Positions 55,469-64,000 of a DNA stretch of 64,000 nucleotides are shown piece after piece (position 1 is the first letter of the stretch; every line of letters begins with the position of its first letter). The notes under the pieces were generated by a model. The model ran no database searches. It saw only the letters and a list, made by a program, of their open reading frames with translations, and had not been told where the DNA came from. Where the stretch lies: the NCBI GenBank assembly GCA_963705465.1, contig CAVPJN010000005.1, positions 1,691 to 65,690 on the forward strand, written 5' to 3'. This DNA is from an uncultured Chitinophagaceae bacterium (lineage in GTDB: Bacteria; Bacteroidota; Bacteroidia; Chitinophagales; Chitinophagaceae). A program made the position numbers and the translations under genes.

Positions 55469-56680
55469 CTAATCAGTTTCTTTTGTTCTGATTCTCAACA
55501 AGAAATAGAAAAAAACAATAATACTGATAACGGCTGTTGAAATAAATGTAGTTGCACTGCCAAAGTGGGTCCATAAGGCACCGGCAATGATACTTGCCAG
55601 CAAAGCACATATACTTTCGCAGCTTGTGTAAAAACCAATCGCAGTCGCTGTATTTTCTTTATGAGCAAGATTGGTGATCCATGCTTTGATAATGCCTTCG
55701 GTAGCGGCAGCATAAATACCATAAAGAGAAAACAGGATAAATATGACACCAATGGAAGGATTAAAAGCAAATCCTCCATAAACAATAGCGAAGAGAAGAA
55801 AATCCAAAAAGAATAATTTTTTTAAAACCAAGTCTGTCTGCCAGTACTGCCCATTGGGATAGGATGCAACAGCATAAATTAGGTTGTAAAAAATATAGGC
55901 ACCAATGGTCAATGTGTCTGCATTGAAAGTTGCTCCCAGAATTGTCAATGTATTATCACCAATTGTTTCTTTTGTGATCAGTAATAAAAAAATATCAGAG
56001 CTATTGAATAATGCAAATAATAATAATCCGGGCACTACTTTTCTGAATGCAGGGGTAGCAATTTTCCAGTATTTAAAAAATGAAAAAAAATTTCCTTTGC
56101 CTAATGTTGATACAGGTTGTTTTTTTTCTTTTAAGAAAAAGATCAAAAGGATGGAGAGCATACCCGGAATAAAAGCCAGATAGAAAAGCGTTTTATAATC
56201 GCCGGGGTAAAAAAATAAAAATAATAATGCCAGTACCGGGCCAATAGCCGCACCAACTGTATCCATAGCCCGATGAAATCCAAAAACCCTTGCTTTTGTT
56301 TCTTTAGTTGCTTCCTGCGAAAGTAATGCATCTCTTGCGGCCGTTCTTACTCCTTTACCTAAACGGTCTATGGTTCGTACAAAAAATATCCAGACTGGAT
56401 AAATAAAAACGGCCATCAATGGTTTTGAAATGGCACTTAATAAATACCCGAGTTTTACAAAAGGAAGACGAAGGCCTTTTTCGTCACTCAATTTTCCAAA
56501 ATAACCTTTGCTGATACCAGCCGTAAAATTTACAACACCTTCCAGAATACCGATCAACAAAACACTAAAACCAATTTCTTTTAAGTAAACCGGAATAACA
56601 GGATACAACATTTCACTTGCTATATCTGCAAACAAACTCACCAGTGATAAAATCAAAACAGTTCTTGTAATGATCCGCAT
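55469..56680 (-). CDS. MFS transporter
   Basis: SLFADIASEMLYP, DRLGKGVRTAARDALL, FGFHRAMDTVGA; about 12 TM segments. Confidence 0.9.
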   Translation of the reverse strand: MRIITRTVLILSLVSLFADIASEMLYPVIPVYLKEIGFSVLLIGILEGVVNFTAGISKGYFGKLSDEKGLRLPFVKLGYLLSAISKPLMAVFIYPVWIFFVRTIDRLGKGVRTAARDALLSQEATKETKARVFGFHRAMDTVGAAIGPVLALLFLFFYPGDYKTLFYLAFIPGMLSILLIFFLKEKKQPVSTLGKGNFFSFFKYWKIATPAFRKVVPGLLLFALFNSSDIFLLLITKETIGDNTLTILGATFNADTLTIGAYIFYNLIYAVASYPNGQYWQTDLVLKKLFFLDFLLFAIVYGGFAFNPSIGVIFILFSLYGIYAAATEGIIKAWITNLAHKENTATAIGFYTSCESICALLASIIAGALWTHFGSATTFISTAVISIIVFFYFLLRIRTKETD

Positions 56681-57078
56681 ACAATGAAGTTATACCATTT
56701 GCTATTATTAAATAGTCCGGCATGTTGCTGGTAGAATGTCTGATGATGAATCGAAGATGCTGGCATTTATCGTCAGTATATCAGACTCAGATTATCAATA
56801 CTGATCGAAGCATCAGTAACGAAACTGTCTGAGCCGATGATACAGCTGTTTATGACAATGAAATTGGAATACTACGGATGTACAATCGGTAGTAGCGGAA
56901 AAAAGAAGTGAGAAAAGTTATCAATGAGTATATGTATCGAAATTGATTTTTTACAATTGTAAAATTGCGAAGTAAAAAAAACCTTATCTGGCAAGGTTTT
57001 GGCTTGATTATTCAAATTTTTTCCTTCACCTTTGCCAACAACCTTTCTAAGGTGGGAAGGTAAATCCAAAAGCTATTA

Positions 57079-58104
57079 ATGGGACTTTTTAACTGGTTTA
57101 CACAAGAAATTGCAATTGATCTGGGTACTGCTAATACCCTTATTATACATAACGATGAAGTGGTGGTGAATGAGCCGAGTATCATTGCCCTGAACCGAAA
57201 TAACCCCAAGGAAGTGCTTGCCGTTGGCAAAAGAGCATTGATGATGCATGAAAAGACGCATGAAAGCATCCGTACCGTTCGTCCGCTGAAAGACGGTGTG
57301 ATAGCCGATTTTAATGCGGCAGAGTTGATGATAAGGGAACTTATTAAATTAGTTTACCCACAAAAAAAGCTTTTTCCTCCAAGCTGGAGAATGATGATCT
57401 GTATTCCTTCTTCTATCACAGAAGTAGAAAAAAGAGCGGTAAGGGACAGTGCTGAACAGGCCGGAGCCAAAGAAGTGTACCTGATCCATGAGCCGATGGC
57501 GGCTGCATTGGGAATTGGTATTGACGTGGAAGAGCCGGTAGGTAATATGATCATCGATATTGGTGGTGGAACTACTGGTATTACAGTAATTGCGCTGGCA
57601 GGAATCGTTTGCGACCAATCCATCCGTATCGCCGGTGATGAGTTTACGGCTGATATTATGGAAGCATTACGTCGTTATCATAGTTTATTGATTGGTGAAC
57701 GTACTGCTGAACAGATCAAAATACAGGTAGGTGCTGCAATGAAGGATATTGACAATCCGCCAGATGATTTTCCGGTTAATGGCCGTGACCTTGTAACCGG
57801 TATACCAAAACAGATAATGGTAAGTTATCAGGAAATCGCTGAAGCCCTGGACAAAAGCATTTTTAAAATTGAAGAAGCTATTTTGAAGGCGCTGGAACAA
57901 ACTCCTCCGGAATTAGCTGCTGATATTTATCGCCGCGGACTCTATATTACAGGTGGCGGAGCTTTATTAAGAGGATTAGACAAAAGATTGGGTAATAAGA
58001 TCAAGTTACCGGTGCATATAGCTGATGATCCATTAAAAAGTGTGGTGCGGGGAACAGGCATTGCATTGAAAAACTATAGCAAGTATCCATTTGTAATGCG
58101 ATAA
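57079..58104 (+). CDS. mreB: Rod shape-determining actin-like protein
   Basis: IDLGTANT, RPLKDGVIADF, EPMAAA, DIGGGTT, TGGGALL. Confidence 0.98.
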   Translation: MGLFNWFTQEIAIDLGTANTLIIHNDEVVVNEPSIIALNRNNPKEVLAVGKRALMMHEKTHESIRTVRPLKDGVIADFNAAELMIRELIKLVYPQKKLFPPSWRMMICIPSSITEVEKRAVRDSAEQAGAKEVYLIHEPMAAALGIGIDVEEPVGNMIIDIGGGTTGITVIALAGIVCDQSIRIAGDEFTADIMEALRRYHSLLIGERTAEQIKIQVGAAMKDIDNPPDDFPVNGRDLVTGIPKQIMVSYQEIAEALDKSIFKIEEAILKALEQTPPELAADIYRRGLYITGGGALLRGLDKRLGNKIKLPVHIADDPLKSVVRGTGIALKNYSKYPFVMR

Positions 58105-58109
58105 AAGGG

Positions 58110-58186
58110 AAGGAACAAGAAAACAAGAAACAAGCCATTGTACCTTGTGCCTTGTACCTTGTGTCTTGAATCCTGTACCTTGTACC
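58110..58186. repeat. Inverted heptamer arrays between mreB and mreC
   Basis: aacaaga x3 (58114-58134), then 7 copies of TTGT(A/G)CC-like units (58138-58186). Confidence 0.8.
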
Positions 58187-58195
58187 TTTTAATAC

Positions 58196-59075
58196 ATGCG
58201 TAACATATTTCTCTTTATACGGCGGTATAGAACTTTGCTCACATTCCTTCTTCTGCAGGGAGTGGCATTGTGGTTTTTGTTTACTTATAACCGTTTTCAC
58301 AAAGCAAAAGGCTTGGGTGTTGCCAATGAATTAACAGGTTGGGTAAATTCAAAGTATAATAATGTAGAGGATTTTTTTACGCTTGAGAGACGAGAACAGA
58401 AGGGTACATATCACCAATGATTCTCTTCTTAATCTATTATCGCAGAATTTTATGCTGGTAGATACCAGTGTGAAACTGGTAAAGGACTCTGTTCCTTATG
58501 ATACATCCGGCATTCTTCGTCGCTATTACTTCCGGCCTGCCAGTGTAGTTTACAATACCGTAAACAGTCAGAAAAACTACATTCAATTAAACCGGGGGGC
58601 TAATCATGGCATAAAAGACAATATGGCTGTTTTAAGTTCAGATGGAAGTGCTGTAGGCGTAGTGGTAAATGTTAGTCCCAATTTCAGTCAGGTAATGAGT
58701 TTGTTGCATGTTCAGCAGAAAGTAAATGCTTCCTTAAAGAAATCAGGGGATTTTGGAACAATTGAGTGGGATGGGAAAGATCCAGGATTGCTAACACTAA
58801 AAGGATTACCAAAGAGTATAGAGATAAAGAAAGGAGATACTGTATTAACCAGTGCTTATTCTTACAATTTTCCACCTGGCTATATGTTAGGAACTATAGA
58901 TCAGATTGTTACAGACAAGAGTACGAACTTTTATGTCCTTAAAGTTAAACCCGGGGCTAATTTTTATAATTTACAACAGGTATTTGTTGTGGAAAACATT
59001 CAATACAATGAACAGGTTCAATTAAATAAGGACTCCCGTAATAAAATTGAAGACCCGAAAAACTACAAAAAGTGA
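58196..59075 (+). CDS. mreC: Rod shape-determining protein MreC (frameshift near 58385)
   Basis: Position after mreB; TM segment and coiled coil, NYIQLNRG...GIKDNMAV, GDTVLTS...FPPG. Confidence 0.93.
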
Positions 59076-59605
59076 GTGAGTTACTGAGAAATATATTACG
59101 TTTTGCTGTATTCATATTGATACAGGTGTTTTTGTTGAATAAAATTCCGCACCTGCATCGTTTTATCACCCCTTATTTGTATTTCATTTTCTTACTTTGG
59201 CTTCCTTTCTCCGTTTCTCGCCAATGGTTGCTGATAATTGGCTTCCTCACTGGCCTTACACTTGATTATTTTACAATGACACCGGGCTTACATGCTGCAG
59301 CCTGTCTTTTAATTGCATATGTACGTCCTTTTTTAATTGCTATCCTTACTCCAAAAGACTCATCAGAATTCAATTACCGGGAACCTTCACCAAAAGCGAT
59401 GCTTTGGACGCCTTACCTGGTCTATATTTTTGTTCTTACACTCCTGCATCATAGTTATATGGTCTTTTTGCAATGGTTGAGCTTTGGAAGTTTTCTTGAT
59501 TTTATAATAAAAGTAATTTCCACTACCGGGATCAGTATGTTGCTGATCATTACTGTAGAATTATTATTCCCACGAAAATTGAAATTCAGAACAAATACGG
59601 CTTGA
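59072..59605 (+). CDS. mreD: Rod shape-determining protein MreD
   Basis: Hydrophobic 177 aa; GLTLDYF..TPGLHAAA; operon position. Confidence 0.9.
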   Translation: MSELLRNILRFAVFILIQVFLLNKIPHLHRFITPYLYFIFLLWLPFSVSRQWLLIIGFLTGLTLDYFTMTPGLHAAACLLIAYVRPFLIAILTPKDSSEFNYREPSPKAMLWTPYLVYIFVLTLLHHSYMVFLQWLSFGSFLDFIIKVISTTGISMLLIITVELLFPRKLKFRTNTA

Positions 59606-59757
59606 TGAAATGGGATAATTCAATTGTCCAATAGAAAGTTTTCTTAAAAATTATTTTATCTGTAAATAGATTTGGAAACGGCCATTGGTATTTCGTACTT
59701 TGTAAACGAATTCAAATAATTTTTTCTCACTCTTACTCCTTTGTTTTTTGTAGTTCC

Positions 59758-61860
59758 ATGTCTGTGTTTAACCAATCAAGAAGCCGTATCATCCGCATCA
59801 TATTTCTGATCGCATTTATTTTTATTGTGGCACAGCTATTTTATCTGCAGATCGTTGACGGAAAACATCGTCAGCTGGCAGCAATGGATAATGCAGTTTT
59901 TGCCAAAGTAGATTATCCGGAACGGGGAATCATTTTCGATAGAAAGGGAAGGGCTATCCTTAACAATACCATTATTTATGACCTGATGGTGACTCCTTCA
60001 GAGATAAAGGGTATTGATACCTTGGATTTTTGTCAGTTAATGGGCATTACAATTGAGGACTTTAAACAAAAAGTACTTGATGCCAGGTTTAGAAACGGAC
60101 CTGTTCGCCCTTCTATCTTTAAAGGGTTATTGACGCAGGATATACAGGCAAGATTTGAAGAGAATAGTTGGAAATATCCGGGGTTTAATCTGGTAGAAAG
60201 ACCATTGAGAACTTATCCATTCAATGCAGCAGCACATATACTTGGTTATATCAGAGAGGCAGACACCAGAGATATTGAGCGGTCCGGAAATTTTTACAGA
60301 CAAGGAGACTATATTGGAAAGACAGGATTGGAATCATACTATGAAGATGTGCTGATGGGCCAGCGAGGTGTACAGTATTTGATCAAAGACAATAAAAACC
60401 GATTGGTTGGGCATTATGAGAATGGAGCATTTGATACAGCATCGATAGCAGGAAGGGGATTAAAAACATCTATCGATATCGAATTGCAGCAACTGGCAGA
60501 AAAGCTAATGTCTAATAAAGTTGGAGGATTGGTTGCGATAGATCCAAAGACAGGAGGAATTCTGGCAATGGTATCTGGACCAAACTATGATCCGAATGAT
60601 CTTACCGGTCCCGAATGGAAGTAAGAATTACAGCAAATTAGTGTTGGATGTAACAGGTCCGATGCTCAACAGGGCAATCGGAGGAAGATATGAACCGGGT
60701 TCTACTTTCAAACCATTGGGTGCATTGGTTGCATTGGATGAAGGAGTGATAACACCTTCCTATGGTTTTCCATGCGGCGGCAGATATACACTTATGCGGA
60801 CATGGTAAACCTGCCTGTACACATGCTGGTGGTGGGCATGCTGCCAATGTTCGTTTATCCATTGCCAATTCCTGCAATGCCTACTATGCTCATGTTTATA
60901 GATTGGCAGTTGATAATCCGAAATATGGTAATGTAAAACTGGGTTATCTCAAGTGGAAAGAATATATGAATGCATTTGGTTTAGGCGTTACATTAGGAGT
61001 TGATTTGCCAAGCGAAAGCAGAGGAAATATTCCTGACACTTCTGTTTATAATAAAGAAAATAACAACTATTGGACATCCTGTACCAATCTTACTTTGGGA
61101 ATTGGGCAGGATAAAATGCTGACAACTCCTTTACAAATGGCCAATGCCATGTGTATTATTGCCAACAGAGGGTATTATTATACACCCCATTTTGTTGACA
61201 AAATTGATGGGGAAACAGAAGATGATTCTACACTTGATGAATCAATTCAGGCTAAGGCATAATGTACTTACTCATATTGCTGATACTGCTTATAATGCAG
61301 TAATTGAAGGAATGAATGATGTGGTAAAATTTGGTACAGCAAGGGTGGCACAGATTCCGGGTATTGATGTTTGTGCAAAAACAGGAACTGCAGAGAACTA
61401 TACCATTTTAGATGGAAGAAGAATAAAATTACCAAACAACTCCATGTTTGTTTGTTTTGCACCAAAACAAAATCCAAAAATTGCTATTGCTGTATTTGTG
61501 CAAAATGCTGGCTATGGTTCTACCTGGGCAGGTCCAATTTCAAGATTAATGATTGAAAAATACCTGAATGATACATTGATGAAAAAAAGTGAAGCTGATC
61601 TGGAAAGAATATCAAAAGCTAACCTGATGCCAGTTTACTTTAAACGGTTACAGTATAAAGAAGATTCTATCAGGGCTTTTAAATGGTTTAACACGACCAA
61701 GGACAGTGCGTATATTAAAAAATATCTAAGCGCCTCTACAACTCCGGTTAAATCTGTTCCTGGAAATATTCCATTGCCGTTAAAGAAAGAAATTGAAACA
61801 GCTGCAATAGTGCCGGTTGAAAAATATTTTCGTAAACCTGCAGTACTGAAAATAGCATGA
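59758..61860 (+). CDS. mrdA: Penicillin-binding protein 2 (frameshifted)
   Basis: PERGIIFDRKG, YEPGSTFK (SxxK), SCN (SxN), KTGTAEN (KTG). Confidence 0.95.
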
Positions 61861-63199
61861 AGCAACAAAACCCTGCCATATCAAAAGGGATAGACTGGAG
61901 CCTTATCTGGATCTATTTGTTGCTGGTTTCGATTGGGCTTACGGCCATATTTGCTGCTACTTATAAAGAAGGTGATGCGATCATTCAAAGTTTTATAGGG
62001 TTTAAAACTGATTACAGTAAGCAGTTTTATTTTTTTATTATTGGTGCCGTACTTGCTTTTTTTATTTTGTTAACAGATAGTAAGTTTTTTTCTGCTACCG
62101 CCAATTTGTGGTATGTCGTGGGGATTTTCCTGCTGTTGCTTGTTTTTCCGTTTCACTCCAATATTAAAGGAACTGAATCCATTATCAGAATGGGGGCATT
62201 CAATTTTCAACCGGCAGAGTTCTGTAAAATATTTGTATCCCTTGGCATTAGCAAAATATTTATCAAGACCGGAAACAGACTTTTCAAAGATCCGTTCACA
62301 AATGATTGCTACAGCCATTGCATTATTTCCGGCAGCATTAACCATTCTGCAAAGCGAAACGGGTCTGGCATTGGTGTATTTTTCTTTTTTTATTGTAATG
62401 TACAGAGAAGGATTGCCGTCTGTTATTTTATTAATAGGGTTTGCTGTGGCAACATTAGTCGTTGCGACTATTATCATTGAACCGAATACATTGGCTATTA
62501 TTCTTACAGCTATTGCCGGGTTAATTATCTATATATTCCGCCGACAGATCAAAAGAGACAGAAGTATATTGATAAGAATAATATTTTTCTGGGTGATCTG
62601 TGTGGGAATTCAGCGGTTTGCCGTTCCGTATATTTTTGAAAATGTGCTTACAGAAACATCAGATTGAACGTATTTATGACCTGTTCGGAAAAGACAATCC
62701 TTATATCGAAAAAGATGAGACATTAACGAAGGCCGAGTCGAAAAAGAAAAAAGAAAGTGGTAGTAGTTATAATGTACGCCAATCAAAAATTGCTATTGGT
62801 AGCGGAAGGTTTTTGGGCAAGGGAATTTTAAAAGCAACCCAAACCCGATATGATTTTGTACCGGAGCAACGTACCGATTTTATATTTTGTACAGTCGGTG
62901 AAGGTTTTGGTTTTGTGGGAAGTGTGGTATTGTTAGGATTATACCTGATCCTTTTATTCAGAATTGTGACTATTGCTGAACGGCAACGAAGTACTTTCAG
63001 CCGATGTTATGCTTATGGTGTTGCTGGTGTTTTCTTTTTTCATATCGCCATCAACATAGGAATGACAGTTGGCCTGGCACCCGTTATAGGAATTCCATTG
63101 CCATTTATCAGTTATGGCGGAACCTCGTTACTTACTTTTACAGTCTTGCTTTTTATTTTAATAAGATTGGATGCAGACCGCCAAATGGTTTTACGTTAA
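61857..63199 (+). CDS. rodA: SEDS peptidoglycan polymerase RodA (frameshifted)
   Basis: FQPAEFCK, YNVRQSKIAIGSG, PEQRTDFIF, PVIGIPLPFISYGGTS. Confidence 0.95.
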
Positions 63200-63217
63200 T
63201 TTGCAGTATTTAGCATT

Positions 63218-63955
63218 ATGAAGATCATTCCACTTTCTGAAGGCACTTTCACCGTTGATAGGACAAAACAGTTTGTTCCATTTATTATTGATTCAGATGA
63301 ATTGAAAAGCAGACCTGCTGGTAGTTTGTTAGTGGAGATTCAGCCTTTCGTTGTGGTTACCGCCAACGATATTATTCTATTAGATACAGGACTTGGGTTT
63401 GAAGTAAATGGAACATTGCAGTTACATAAGAATCTGATGGATGCAGGTATTAATTCATCCGAAGTTACCAAAGTAGTCATGTCGCATTTGCATAAAGATC
63501 ATTCCGGTGGTATTGGAATTGAGAGAGAAGGATTGGGAAGAAGATTGTCTTTCCCGAATGCAACTTATTATGTGCAGCAAAAGGAATTAGAATATGCTTT
63601 AGGTAAAGGCTCTGCTTCTTATATCGCTGACGAATTATTGAGTTTGAAGAATTCTTCACAAGTAGTGTTGTTAGAAGATAACGGCGTTATTGATGAATAT
63701 ATTCATTATGAAATAACCGGAGCTCACTCACTTTATCATCAGGTAATTTGGATAAAAGAGGAGGGGGAGATAATTTTCTTTGGCGGTGATGATGCGCCAC
63801 AACTGCAACAGATGAAACATAAGTTTGCCGCCAAGTATGATTATGATGGCAAGAAGGCGATGAATTTAAGGCAGCAGTGGTGGGAGCAGGGGCAAAAAGA
63901 AAACTGGACCTTTCTTTTTTATCATGATGTAAAGAATCCCACTATAAAACTATAA
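63218..63955 (+). CDS. MBL-fold metallo-hydrolase
   Basis: LLDTG, SHLHKDHSGG (HxHxDH), GAHS, FYHD. Confidence 0.9.
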   Translation: MKIIPLSEGTFTVDRTKQFVPFIIDSDELKSRPAGSLLVEIQPFVVVTANDIILLDTGLGFEVNGTLQLHKNLMDAGINSSEVTKVVMSHLHKDHSGGIGIEREGLGRRLSFPNATYYVQQKELEYALGKGSASYIADELLSLKNSSQVVLLEDNGVIDEYIHYEITGAHSLYHQVIWIKEEGEIIFFGGDDAPQLQQMKHKFAAKYDYDGKKAMNLRQQWWEQGQKENWTFLFYHDVKNPTIKL

Positions 63956-64000
63956 TTACGATAAATCAAAAGCTACCCGTTCTATTACTTTATCATCATC
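63956..64000 (-). CDS. 3' end of a convergent gene (partial, product unknown)
   Basis: Open frame DDDKVIERVAFDLS* whose stop abuts the MBL gene stop. Confidence 0.4.
   Translation of the reverse strand, partial: DDDKVIERVAFDLS

Noticed and set aside
55795-55860. Odd hydrophilic segment (PNGQYWQTDLVLKK) in the MFS transporter
   Set aside because: An alternative frame reads the expected ...ADRLGFKKIILFG loop, so this is a set of compensating indel errors.
56740-56830. Hammerhead ribozyme (CTGATGA at 56740, CGAAAC at 56820)
   Set aside because: The base after CUGAUGA does not pair with the base before GAAA, and convincing stems I and III were not found.
58110-58186. CRISPR array
   Set aside because: These are contiguous 7-bp units with no spacers, and there are no cas genes.
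1170-63199. Mass pseudogenisation or genome decay suggested by many split ORFs
   Set aside because: Breaks hit essential genes (serS, prfA, mreC, mrdA, rodA), look like single-base indels with motifs intact on both sides, and cluster in patches while other long genes are clean. This is typical of unpolished long-read consensus.
363-63659. Numerous short antisense or overlapping ORFs in the six-frame track (for example 363-614, 35034-35618, 47601-47999, 58001-58300)
   Set aside because: They are shadows of well-supported genes on the opposite strand or translations of DNA repeats, with no recognisable motifs.

Overview
AT-rich Bacteroidota chromosome segment, probably Chitinophagaceae (TAnnTTTG-type promoters, SusC/SusD pairs, Bacteroidota-type mre/mrd operon). 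Dozens of single-base frameshifts interrupt genes, including essential ones (prfA, serS, mreC, mrdA, rodA). These are best explained as uncorrected long-read indel errors, so split ORFs are joined here by hand and their internal junctions are approximate. Core content: DUF3857/transglutaminase genes, korA, two SusCD pairs, an MMPL/RND transporter, recO, prfA, an ECF sigma/anti-sigma pair, gcvH, serS, an M43 peptidase, an AlkB-like monooxygenase, DUF1800/DUF1501, OPT plus two POT peptide transporters, purD, kynA and mreBCD-mrdA-rodA. No rRNA, tRNA, CRISPR array, transposase or prophage was seen. Three observations stand out. (1) A 10.4 kb locus (5654-16091) encodes an HD-domain/Pycsar-type membrane effector fusion with no cyclase, a tandem SdiA-regulated propeller lipoprotein, a PAP2 phosphatase, and two divergent Omp85-barrel proteins that both carry an atypical-kinase-like domain, one also fused to a metallophosphoesterase. 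(2) A candidate ~105-nt sRNA at 33772-33878 is complementary to the start-codon regions of SusC, Omp85 and other exported-protein genes in this window. (3) A GxxExxY gene is bounded by inverted repeats, with related gene-less repeat arrays elsewhere. All family assignments come from motif recognition, not from database searches.
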